From a virus (Duplodnaviria > Caudoviricetes): DNA of 64,000 bases. Position 1 is the first letter of the stretch. Every line of letters begins with the position of its first letter. Below, in pieces: positions 21,746 through 30,670 of the stretch. Under the pieces are notes generated by a model. It was given only the letters and a program-made list of their open reading frames with translations, had not been told where the DNA came from and ran no database searches. A program made the position numbers and the translations under genes. Where the stretch lies: the IMG/VR virus record IMGVR_UViG_3300028804_000001, positions 128,001 through 192,000 of that record; one strand, given 5' to 3'.

Positions 21746-23395
21746 TTAAAACCCATATATAGAACTAGAATCAAGAGTTATGAAATTCTTTCCTAGATCT
21801 ATTTGTTTGAGGATCATTATGTTTTGTCCAATATCTGCACCGGCAAGAACAAAATCTAAGCGTAACATTGAACCTTGTATTGATATATCTCGTATAGTAA
21901 TACTTCTTGGAGTTCTACCAAGAACCTGACTTTCCACAAAATCAGAAGCAGTGAAGATCTCTAAGTTAAGAGTGGAACTTACTCCATCCACTAGGATATA
22001 AGTTTCTCCATCCGGACCTGTTCTAACATCATGAGTAGAGAATATGAAGTTGCTCACTTCAGAGAACAGGAATAATTTACCATCCACTTTATTGAAGTTT
22101 CTGATATTGAATGTTTGAAGAGTAGTTCCATTTAACCCAAAGCTTATCTGTACATCCTGTTCTCTAGCAGGAATTAACGGGGACATAAAGTATAGAATAC
22201 CAATACCATCTTTGTTTACAGTGCATCTAGTAGAGTAATCAAATGGTCCATTAGAAGATCCAGATATAAGCCCTTCTGTTTTAAGAATTACCTTATCTTG
22301 ATTGGCAGCAATACTGTTTAAAAGAAATCCATTCTCAAATAAGAATCTTTCACTGGGGGATGGATTCAATAAGTTATACTGTGTGTAGTATTCATTGTAT
22401 TCTCCTACCACTACATCAACCGGAAGATTCAGATTATCCGTAAATGATCTAGTGATCCAAGCATCTATAGTTAGATTCTTAATTAGGTTATTCCGGAAGT
22501 TATAGATTTCGAATACTACTGTAGTCATCCCACCAGCTGTTCTGTTGGATTGATCTACAATACGAACTCTATCTGGAATCTTAGGATCCAGGTCAGGATT
22601 AAGAACAAGAAAGCCAGGCCTTGTAATCCTAGACATAGGATTAAAGTTATCCCCGGTAAGAGCTTTTAAAGCTGAACGTTCGTACTCAACTATAAAATAA
22701 GCTTTTCCTGGTGATTCTGGAAGAGGAAGTTCAAACTCAAAAAGAGATTTAACTGGTCTATCATGTATCTTTAATTGATTATAAAAGATATCATAGATAT
22801 ATGTAGATGGATCCAATGGATTAGAAACTCTAAGAGGTTCCCAATATGTAAAGCATTGAGAAATGGGAATTTCTGGCGGAACAGATAGAGGATACATCCC
22901 ACTACTATCGAAACAGATATCATAACCAGTCTCTGCAAATCTATATAAAGGTCCCGCCTCATTGAGATATTTAGAATACATTATCTTCTTGTTGGTAATG
23001 AGTTCATCTAAATATACTCCACCAAAATCTTCTAAGTTAAAAGGACCGAATAACCCAATATGAGAATGTCCATTAGGGTAATCTTTTAGTGGGATAGATG
23101 GCTCTAATACACTTAAATCCACTTCAACTACTTCAGTCACTTTCTGTGAATGGAGATAGTATTCTTTATCTCCTATATAGAAGAACCCCGGATTAACTTC
23201 GAAATCGATTATGGTTCTGTTATCCTGTGTAACATCTCCATCGAGTCCCACTACTCCGCGGAAACAGGTTGGATCTATATTAAGATTCTCTGGCTCCTTG
23301 ATATGTATCAAGTTTCCAGAATAGAGATCTGGCTTATCCCCAGATCCCTGAATCATATCAGGAATCATAACTACTGTAGATTTAGACTGTGACAT
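21746..23395 (-). CDS. Uncharacterised structural protein (549 aa), possible Ig-like (Big-1-type) segment
   Basis: Coupled ORF. VVFEIYNFRNNLIKNLTI...TRCTVNKDGIGILYFMSP resembles the invasin-type Ig strand pattern. Confidence 0.5.
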   Translation of the reverse strand: MSQSKSTVVMIPDMIQGSGDKPDLYSGNLIHIKEPENLNIDPTCFRGVVGLDGDVTQDNRTIIDFEVNPGFFYIGDKEYYLHSQKVTEVVEVDLSVLEPSIPLKDYPNGHSHIGLFGPFNLEDFGGVYLDELITNKKIMYSKYLNEAGPLYRFAETGYDICFDSSGMYPLSVPPEIPISQCFTYWEPLRVSNPLDPSTYIYDIFYNQLKIHDRPVKSLFEFELPLPESPGKAYFIVEYERSALKALTGDNFNPMSRITRPGFLVLNPDLDPKIPDRVRIVDQSNRTAGGMTTVVFEIYNFRNNLIKNLTIDAWITRSFTDNLNLPVDVVVGEYNEYYTQYNLLNPSPSERFLFENGFLLNSIAANQDKVILKTEGLISGSSNGPFDYSTRCTVNKDGIGILYFMSPLIPAREQDVQISFGLNGTTLQTFNIRNFNKVDGKLFLFSEVSNFIFSTHDVRTGPDGETYILVDGVSSTLNLEIFTASDFVESQVLGRTPRSITIRDISIQGSMLRLDFVLAGADIGQNIMILKQIDLGKNFITLDSSSIYGF

Positions 23396-24714
23396 TATGA
23401 TATTCCTGATCCTGCACCCTTAATCCCATTAAACGCTGTCTTATTCAAGAACAATTCCCGTTGATATACTTTAGCAAATGCCGGCCCAAATTGGACTATT
23501 TGCTCTTGAGTGGAAGTAACCGATATATTATTATCTGTGAAATCTCCTACTCCGGCGGGAGGAGGTGCTATAAACTTCATACCCTTAACTTGATCTAGTG
23601 TATAGCTAGCCACTTTTATCTTTCCTAACCAATTTCCATCATTAGCATTGATTGATTCGAAAGACTTCCCATCGGAGGATACACTTTTGACTAATGCATT
23701 ATGCGCAAGATTTAAAGGATTTGCCCCAGGGAAACACATGATCGCACCTACTGTAGGTTTATCTGAAAAGTTTATATCTGGTAATACTTTTTTAAACTTC
23801 TCCTCTACATAAGCTATAGTCATTGGCTTGGGAGCATTACTATCCCAGAATCTAAAACCGTCACGTACCTTTGCCGCAAGCTCAGCTCTGCCTGCTTTTT
23901 CATATGCTAGAACCCATATAGTTCTACAGAAGTCATCACAGAATAAACCAGTCCCATTATAACCAGACTTCTGAACCATTAGATTTTTTAATTCGGATGC
24001 ATTAGAACCAGTATTACTCCAAGAAAAAATCCATGTTTGCTCATTTGGATGTGAATATGGTGTTGCATCCACTCCCACATATTTAGAAGCAATTTCAACA
24101 ATGATATTTCCTATATTACTAGTATTATTACTATTCGCGCTGTAGCGAACAGCTGCTGCATTTAATGCCTTAAAATAACTAATACCATTGCCAACTTTTG
24201 TTCGTAAAAACGATTTTGAGTATTGGACAGAGTTACCACTTCCGCCCGACAGGTAACCTTTAAATCCATCTCCCCAAGGATCGTGGACTATCCAATTATT
24301 ATTAGTTTCTCCAATTATTAAAATAATATGGCCAAAATCTGTTAAACGTGTACTAGTGACAACTGGCGAACCAATGGATAAAGCTTTTTTGATTTCAGAT
24401 TCTGGAATATTTGTAGTATCGTAGATATCTTTAAACTCACCTTTTACTCCTATCGAGTTTAATCTTTTTAAACATAAAGGCCAATGACTAGATCTAGTAA
24501 TTCTCGCTACTCCTGTATATGTATTAGTTAATTCTTTAACATAGTCCGTTTCGAAATCTTTTGAAGTTTCGGCTTCCTTTATCCAAGTAGAAAGAAGCAT
24601 AATAAAACTTGTTGCCATACACTGACTACTAAAAGGAAAATCGGGGAAGGATTTGTTATCCCTTTGACTGTTATATGGTATATCAATTTTTATTAAAGGG
24701 GTTTCATCTGCCAT
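23395..24714 (-). CDS. Tail-associated lysin: C39-like peptidase plus CHAP-like amidase/peptidase (~439 aa; start revised from 24729)
   Basis: C39-like triad: IPYNSQRD...QCMATS (Cys at 24620-22), GHIILIIG (His at 24328-30), WIVHDPWG (Asp at 24280-82). CHAP-like domain: IVEIASKYVG...FCDDFCRTIW (Cys at 23938-40), PTVGAIMCF...AHNALV (His at 23701-03), SINAN. ATG at 24714 has GGAG 9 nt upstream. Confidence 0.8.
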   Translation of the reverse strand: MADETPLIKIDIPYNSQRDNKSFPDFPFSSQCMATSFIMLLSTWIKEAETSKDFETDYVKELTNTYTGVARITRSSHWPLCLKRLNSIGVKGEFKDIYDTTNIPESEIKKALSIGSPVVTSTRLTDFGHIILIIGETNNNWIVHDPWGDGFKGYLSGGSGNSVQYSKSFLRTKVGNGISYFKALNAAAVRYSANSNNTSNIGNIIVEIASKYVGVDATPYSHPNEQTWIFSWSNTGSNASELKNLMVQKSGYNGTGLFCDDFCRTIWVLAYEKAGRAELAAKVRDGFRFWDSNAPKPMTIAYVEEKFKKVLPDINFSDKPTVGAIMCFPGANPLNLAHNALVKSVSSDGKSFESINANDGNWLGKIKVASYTLDQVKGMKFIAPPPAGVGDFTDNNISVTSTQEQIVQFGPAFAKVYQRELFLNKTAFNGIKGAGSGIS

Positions 24715-24716
24715 TG

Positions 24717-27221
24717 CTATAATCTCCACGAAGCATTGGTAGATTCAGAAAAGTGCTTATTAAAACTAAGAGCGGTCCATTGATTTTCTTTTAATAGTTC
24801 ACCACTCTGTACGCCAGAGTCAAAGAAAGAAATATCTCCTATAGTTTTATCCCACTTGGAGTTATCCTTTTCTCTAAAAGCAGAAATAAGTTCATCTCTT
24901 TTGGTTAGATCGTTGATCCACCTATCTCTATATTTACCAGCATGAAGTAGATCTTCTATTATTACTTTATGCTTTTGTTCATCTACTAGATATACGAAAT
25001 TTGGAAGAACTAAATCATCAAAGTTAGAAGCATGCAGATTATTAACTGCATCAACTGTATCATAAAATATAAGAGCTCTTTGTCCTTTATGTTTATTAAC
25101 TATATATGGGCATAGTTCGAAACTCATTGCCCCATTAAAAATTTCAATACTATCATTTTCTGAAATTGTATTTCCAGATATGTTCCAACTTCCAATAACC
25201 GGGATGTTTCCATTTGAATCAGTTACTACTGACATACTATTTTTAGAAAAGGTGGACTTATCAAATTCTGTAGAGTAGTTACTAAACTCATCTGGCAAAT
25301 CAATAGTTGCCCCAGATGGGATTATTAGATTCTTAAGCTTTAGATTAAATGTTCCCGGCTCTGAAAAATCTTCATACTTTGTGAAAGCATAGAGATATAG
25401 CTTTCTAAGAACATCATCAACAATAAGAATTCGAACTGGATAGAATCCAGTATAAACACCTTTTAAACTAACTGTAAATTTTTCATGTGGTCTAATAGTT
25501 TCTATCTGGCTAGGCGGAATTCCAAGTTCTCTTCCAATACCATAGAGCATTCCTCTTTTATCATTACCTTGAAGGTGCTTCCAGAAATCTAAAATACGAT
25601 CTCTATATTGAATATTAGTTTCACCGGGGATCCTTTTAAGTCCCCAGTTATAACCATAATCATCGACAGAGTTTTGAACTTTTCTAGGAACTAGAACTAT
25701 CTCTCTCGGAGGAATAACAATCTCAGATCCCAATGTTCCAACTGGTGTAGTTGCAGTTGCTGTTACAGAAACATTCTTAGAAAGATAGAGAGTCCTAGTA
25801 TTAGATTCTAAGAAAGAATACTTACGGATAAGATTAAATGTATACAATACATTCTTGCCTTCATCCGTTCTAGCGCATACTAATAGAATATCCGGGTTAG
25901 CTAGTGTGCATATAAATGTAACTTCTCCGGTAACATCTATATCATAAAAAGAATCTGTAGATTCTACAGCTTCTCTAGAAGCATCAAAACCATATACTCT
26001 GTATTTGCCAGTTGATATACTTCTAGTGAGAAGAAGGACAATATCATCAATAGAAGTAAGAGCTAATGCATTGTATTCATAAGCCTGAGACCAGGATACT
26101 TTTACTTTATACGCATTAAGGTTTTCAACCTTGGCAAAGTTAACATTCTTATTCTGATCTATTTCTATGAATGTATCACTGATAGATAAATAGGTAGAAG
26201 CATAAATTCCCGGCTGCTTCTCAATATCAGATAATAGAATACTAGAACCAAGGGTATTGGTATTAACAGTAAATACACTATTCTCTACCTTATGAATCTG
26301 TCCTATCTGAGGTTCAGGTATAGAAACATAAGTAACAGTAAAGGCTGGAATTGCAGTAGGAAGAAGGATTAGGGTTCCTTTTTCAAAAGCTACAAACAGT
26401 AATCTTTGAATAGTATTAAGTTCGAACTGTCCAATAGATCCATCTCCATTGGCATCCATTGTACGATATTTAAGATTCCATTCATGTGGATCTGCTTTCT
26501 CAAAGGTAAGACCTTCTACATTCTGAAACTCTGCAAGGTCTTCATCATCGATAATACCATTGGCATTAACATCATACGCATTCTGATATTCATCAGTTCT
26601 AGTAATCTCTTGAACTGTGTATTTAGTAATATTATTGCCGGCTTGATCAACAACACTGGAGATCTTAATAGCTCCTGGAATAAAGCAGAATCTAGTATCA
26701 TGAACCTTCTTCTGAAGAGAAGCTCCCACTTTAAAAGGAGCAGTTGTAAAACTAGTTTCAAGGCCGGAAACTAAATCATAAGTAAGTAAGTCTCCATCTT
26801 CAGTAACTAAGCGAAGAGTATTTATATCTAAAGCAGCACCAGATATAAGCTTCTCAGAAACAGAAAGCTCATGTGTTTTAGAGAGTTCTAATGCATTAAA
26901 GGTATTAGTAAAGAACTTATCAAAATCACTTATATTGGTAACTTCTATATCATTGATAGTAATGAGTTCATTAGGAGCAATAGGATCTCTATTTACCCAT
27001 AAGTATTCTGGTTCATACAATGGAAGGCTAACCGCATGAAATCTGCGGAGCATCTCCAATCCTTCTCTAGCTATGTCCTGCTTAACAGAAAGAATAGTGT
27101 TCCCAAAGTAATAATGGAACGTACGCTTATCATGATAAAGCTCACGCCATGGCTGCACATGAAGTGCAACTTCGTCAGCTACGGCAGAATGTTCATGAAT
27201 TGGTATACTAAGTCTTTTCAT
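24717..27221 (-). CDS. Baseplate wedge-type protein (834 aa) with an EF-hand/dockerin-like Ca-binding pair
   Basis: VDDYGYNWGLKRIPGETNIQYRDRIL matches the LD-x-x-G-x-x-x-G-l-x-R-x-x-gE-x-d-x-x-yR-x-Ri motif of wedge/tail-I-like proteins. Follows the baseplate J gene. Ca-loop motifs DVNANGIIDDEDL and DANGDGSIGQFEL. Confidence 0.65.
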   Translation of the reverse strand: MKRLSIPIHEHSAVADEVALHVQPWRELYHDKRTFHYYFGNTILSVKQDIAREGLEMLRRFHAVSLPLYEPEYLWVNRDPIAPNELITINDIEVTNISDFDKFFTNTFNALELSKTHELSVSEKLISGAALDINTLRLVTEDGDLLTYDLVSGLETSFTTAPFKVGASLQKKVHDTRFCFIPGAIKISSVVDQAGNNITKYTVQEITRTDEYQNAYDVNANGIIDDEDLAEFQNVEGLTFEKADPHEWNLKYRTMDANGDGSIGQFELNTIQRLLFVAFEKGTLILLPTAIPAFTVTYVSIPEPQIGQIHKVENSVFTVNTNTLGSSILLSDIEKQPGIYASTYLSISDTFIEIDQNKNVNFAKVENLNAYKVKVSWSQAYEYNALALTSIDDIVLLLTRSISTGKYRVYGFDASREAVESTDSFYDIDVTGEVTFICTLANPDILLVCARTDEGKNVLYTFNLIRKYSFLESNTRTLYLSKNVSVTATATTPVGTLGSEIVIPPREIVLVPRKVQNSVDDYGYNWGLKRIPGETNIQYRDRILDFWKHLQGNDKRGMLYGIGRELGIPPSQIETIRPHEKFTVSLKGVYTGFYPVRILIVDDVLRKLYLYAFTKYEDFSEPGTFNLKLKNLIIPSGATIDLPDEFSNYSTEFDKSTFSKNSMSVVTDSNGNIPVIGSWNISGNTISENDSIEIFNGAMSFELCPYIVNKHKGQRALIFYDTVDAVNNLHASNFDDLVLPNFVYLVDEQKHKVIIEDLLHAGKYRDRWINDLTKRDELISAFREKDNSKWDKTIGDISFFDSGVQSGELLKENQWTALSFNKHFSESTNASWRL

Positions 27222-28381
27222 ACTCTGTAGCTAACTGTCTCCGGGAATGCAAAAACCTTTTCAATCTTTCTTGGATTATATACATTCTGTGTAAGCTTTC
27301 TACCATTAAGGCTTAAGCTATCGTATTCAACATTAGTAACACCAGTTGTATTATTGGTTACTAATGCTAGAATTCCCTGGAAGTCTAGTGGTGTTCCGCC
27401 TTGTACTAAGTTAACGGCAGTAACAAAGTTCCTTCTAAATATCTCTTTTACAGATGCAGTATCAGCATCTACAGCTACAGTAATCTTAAGACTTGCAACT
27501 ACCTTAGATTGTACAAAAGGCCTTACTCGTACATCTGTCCCATATGGTAAAATATTCTCGAGCTGAGCTCTTACTTCTTCAATAACAAGAGAATCTGTTT
27601 CTACATTTTTTGTTTCGATATAGATTACAAAGGATGTAGATGCGGGGTTAACAGTATCTATCTCGAATTTTCTAATCTCGAGATTATCCATTAGAGTATT
27701 AATCTTATTTAAGTTGCTGAGATTAACCGATCTAGCTTTCTCTTGTAAGATAAATCTATAGGTTTCTTCATCTGCAACTATGGATCCTGCAGATACTTGA
27801 ACCTCATTGGATGCTGCTAAAACAAGATCTCCTGCTAAGTTCTGATCTACTAGTGCGTTAGATCTTACATCAAATAAAGTTCCAGATATAGCACCAATGC
27901 CAAGGGTCAACGGTCCTGGTCTTACTGCTATAGCTTTAACATATACTTTAAAATCGTTGAGCTCTACAGTATGCAGAGTCCTCATAACAACATTTTTATT
28001 ACTATCGATTAGCTCTGTTCCCTTCTCTATGACAAGTGGCCCACCGTCTAAAGTAATTGAGGATCCTTTAGCTCTAGTAGAAGTAGATGGGGATTTTAAA
28101 AACAAAGATATAGTTTGTAAATCATCTACTTTAGCAAATGTAACTGCAGCTCTAGGTTCATCTAGTAATAGACCATAATTATCAAGGAAAGTATTTTCCG
28201 CGGTATCTATTCTAGTATTTCTCTCTAATGCATAGATATCAATATAATCGCTTTCCAAGAAACCAGTTTGAGAATCTACTATCTCCCTGGTAATTCCATC
28301 GGAAGTATCCAGCCCTTGAACACTAGCTGCTCTTATTAAAGAGGCTCTAATATCGTTACGTGATCTTTTAAAAACTATCAT
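27218..28381 (-). CDS. Baseplate J-like (wedge) protein (387 aa)
   Basis: RIDTAENTFLDNYGLLLDEPR, LVIEKGT, VYVKAIAVRPG, ASNEVQVSAGSIVADEETYRFIL: motif order and size typical of Baseplate_J/gp6-like proteins. Confidence 0.8.
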   Translation of the reverse strand: MIVFKRSRNDIRASLIRAASVQGLDTSDGITREIVDSQTGFLESDYIDIYALERNTRIDTAENTFLDNYGLLLDEPRAAVTFAKVDDLQTISLFLKSPSTSTRAKGSSITLDGGPLVIEKGTELIDSNKNVVMRTLHTVELNDFKVYVKAIAVRPGPLTLGIGAISGTLFDVRSNALVDQNLAGDLVLAASNEVQVSAGSIVADEETYRFILQEKARSVNLSNLNKINTLMDNLEIRKFEIDTVNPASTSFVIYIETKNVETDSLVIEEVRAQLENILPYGTDVRVRPFVQSKVVASLKITVAVDADTASVKEIFRRNFVTAVNLVQGGTPLDFQGILALVTNNTTGVTNVEYDSLSLNGRKLTQNVYNPRKIEKVFAFPETVSYRV

Positions 28382-29343
28382 TAGTCTGGATCGCCTTTAT
28401 ATCGTATTTTAGCATTATATGTACACTTATAAACTCCAGGATCTAGCGGAGTTGCAAGTAATGCAATGCTAATGGTTCTATTTACTTTAAGACCAAAAAC
28501 ATGTTCTACGTTTGGTTCCTGTACAAGTTCTGCACTAGAAGCATAGGTAGTTCCATTTGAAGCATGGACTCTAACTCGGGCAACGCTACCAGTAGGTGCA
28601 TCCTTTTTGAAATATATAAATGGAGTTCCATCTTCCATTGGAACTAGAGTTTCAACTCCAGGCCTATCATCAGAAGATCTTAGCTCAAGAACTTCTGATC
28701 CAGATAATACTGTTATTGAATCCACCACGAAGTCATTTGTATAGAAGTCTAAGATGTTATACTTTCTAACATTCTCTATCTTACTGATATTAATTTCGGC
28801 TGTATTAAATTCGGGAATTTGACTCTCTCCAAAAAACAGAATAGGACCAATCCCAGAATAGATAAACGTAAGAGGGACTCTAATGGCTCTATTTGTTACT
28901 ACTATCATCTCAGTTACTGCTCTAGTAGTTTGTGGGAACTCAGAAACAATGGGATTAAAATCATAAACAATCTGAAGCTGAGTTCCTTCTCTACCTAAGA
29001 ACTTAAGTTCTATCGGGTTATTTATACTCTGCCCTTCTGTGGTAGGAAGTCGTAGGGAAATACTAACACTCTCATCTGGGTTTCTTTTAGTAAGAATTTC
29101 TATTTGGGAAACTGGAAATGGAAGCTGTCTCGAGAGAACTGTTGTAAGATAATTTCTAAGAGCCGATTCTATCTCGACATTGTTTCTATATCTGTTTCCA
29201 ATGATAAGTTGAGAAGGCGACTCGACCATTGCCTTATAGATATCCTGGTTGATCCTGGATAAACCAGCAACGATACCCAGCTTTGAATTCTGGGTTATAA
29301 AGAAGTTACCGTTTGGCTTTATTGCTATATCTGGTAATGCCAC
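28381..29343 (-). CDS. gp25/sheath-initiator-like baseplate protein with C-terminal extension (320 aa)
   Basis: N-terminus DIAIKPNGNFFITQNSKLGIVAGLSRINQDIYKAM resembles gp25/gpW/gp46-family starts; lies directly upstream of baseplate J. Confidence 0.55.
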   Translation of the reverse strand: MALPDIAIKPNGNFFITQNSKLGIVAGLSRINQDIYKAMVESPSQLIIGNRYRNNVEIESALRNYLTTVLSRQLPFPVSQIEILTKRNPDESVSISLRLPTTEGQSINNPIELKFLGREGTQLQIVYDFNPIVSEFPQTTRAVTEMIVVTNRAIRVPLTFIYSGIGPILFFGESQIPEFNTAEINISKIENVRKYNILDFYTNDFVVDSITVLSGSEVLELRSSDDRPGVETLVPMEDGTPFIYFKKDAPTGSVARVRVHASNGTTYASSAELVQEPNVEHVFGLKVNRTISIALLATPLDPGVYKCTYNAKIRYKGDPD

Positions 29344-29344
29344 T

Positions 29345-30670
29345 TTACGTTCCTAAAATTGGGGGTCTGTTTCTAAGATCAAGAGGGGGCTGCAAAGGAG
29401 CATTGCCCGGTTTGATCATAGTATTCTTGGACCCATCTGCAAGAGATCCTCTTATTCTGCTATAGTCAAGAGGAGTTCCTTGCTTAGTATAATTTTCCAC
29501 AGCGGCTTTAGCTTTCATACCAGCCTCCGTGGCTATCTGATCAAATGCTTTGTTTCTAGCGGTAAGAGAAGCTCCCTTCTTCTTGAGCTCTGCTTCCTCT
29601 ACACTTACTAGTCTTTGAAGATTTCCAGCTTCTGTACCGTTTATCACTCCAACATCTTGAAGAACTGGAAGTAATGCTTTAATTCTTTCAGTCTTCTTAA
29701 GCTTATTTAAACGATCTTTATCAGTATACTGCGCCTGCTCTCCAATAAGAGTTTGAAGATCCTGATCTGTAAGCTCTTGACCATTTACCAATTTGGTAAT
29801 TGCTTCAACCTTTTCTTTTTCGCCAACGGAGTTAATTGCTCGCTGGAGATCCCTTAGATCCTTAAGTCCTTGTTTAGTAATCTTTGTAACTGCAAATAGC
29901 ATCCTTACAATACCAAACAAATATACAATCTCAGTTACCCAGGGGATATGTGTTGGGATAGGGGTAAAAACATTGGATTTGGGAACTGCATCGGCTACGA
30001 AAGTTTCCTGTGCCGGTAGTCCACCAAAGGTGGGATGGTTTCTTCCCCTATCTGCTCCTCTAGTATTGACTGAGTTTACTTGAGTTTGCAGCTGTCCGCG
30101 CTCTATAGCTACTACGTTTCCAGCCTTATCGAACTGAGTAATAGAACCAGTTTGGCTCTGATCAATTGCCATCCCAGAGCTCTTAGTAGTGAATGGTTGT
30201 TGGATAATAACCATTCCCTCTCTCTGGGTAAGACTTTTAGAAAGCTCCTCGAGCTTTCTCTTCTCATCGTTCATTGCAAGGCATACACCATTTAAGCCTT
30301 TGAGAAGAGCGTTCTTATCTACCTTACCAAGGAGATTAGCAGGAACTGCAAGGTTTTGAAATGATGGAGTGGATGGACCTGCTTTAATACGAAGTCCAGA
30401 ATTATCTCCACGTTGAAATGCATCGGCATTGGGCCATACAGCTTCCATCTGCCGGCCAGAAGATAAAGGAGTTACAATACCAGTGTTCTGATCCTCTAGC
30501 TGAACTCCTTTGATAATCTCTGGAGTGCCCTTGCTTGATTGAATTTGAATATCGGCAAATAGAACATCATTAACTCTATACGGGGACCCTGCAAGAGTTC
30601 CTCGTTTGCTAATAGGAGCAGACTGTTGTCCAACCTGCGAACCTGGTAAGTTATCTAAAGGTGTTCCCAT
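29345..30670 (-). CDS. Putative baseplate spike-like protein with helical C-terminal extension (441 aa)
   Basis: Occupies the position between the hub and gp25-like genes. Short beta-repeat GMAIDQSQTGSITQFDKAGNVVAIERGQLQTQVNSV, then hydrophobic WVTEIVYLFGIVRMLFAV and a coiled region. Confidence 0.4.
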   Translation of the reverse strand: MGTPLDNLPGSQVGQQSAPISKRGTLAGSPYRVNDVLFADIQIQSSKGTPEIIKGVQLEDQNTGIVTPLSSGRQMEAVWPNADAFQRGDNSGLRIKAGPSTPSFQNLAVPANLLGKVDKNALLKGLNGVCLAMNDEKRKLEELSKSLTQREGMVIIQQPFTTKSSGMAIDQSQTGSITQFDKAGNVVAIERGQLQTQVNSVNTRGADRGRNHPTFGGLPAQETFVADAVPKSNVFTPIPTHIPWVTEIVYLFGIVRMLFAVTKITKQGLKDLRDLQRAINSVGEKEKVEAITKLVNGQELTDQDLQTLIGEQAQYTDKDRLNKLKKTERIKALLPVLQDVGVINGTEAGNLQRLVSVEEAELKKKGASLTARNKAFDQIATEAGMKAKAAVENYTKQGTPLDYSRIRGSLADGSKNTMIKPGNAPLQPPLDLRNRPPILGT

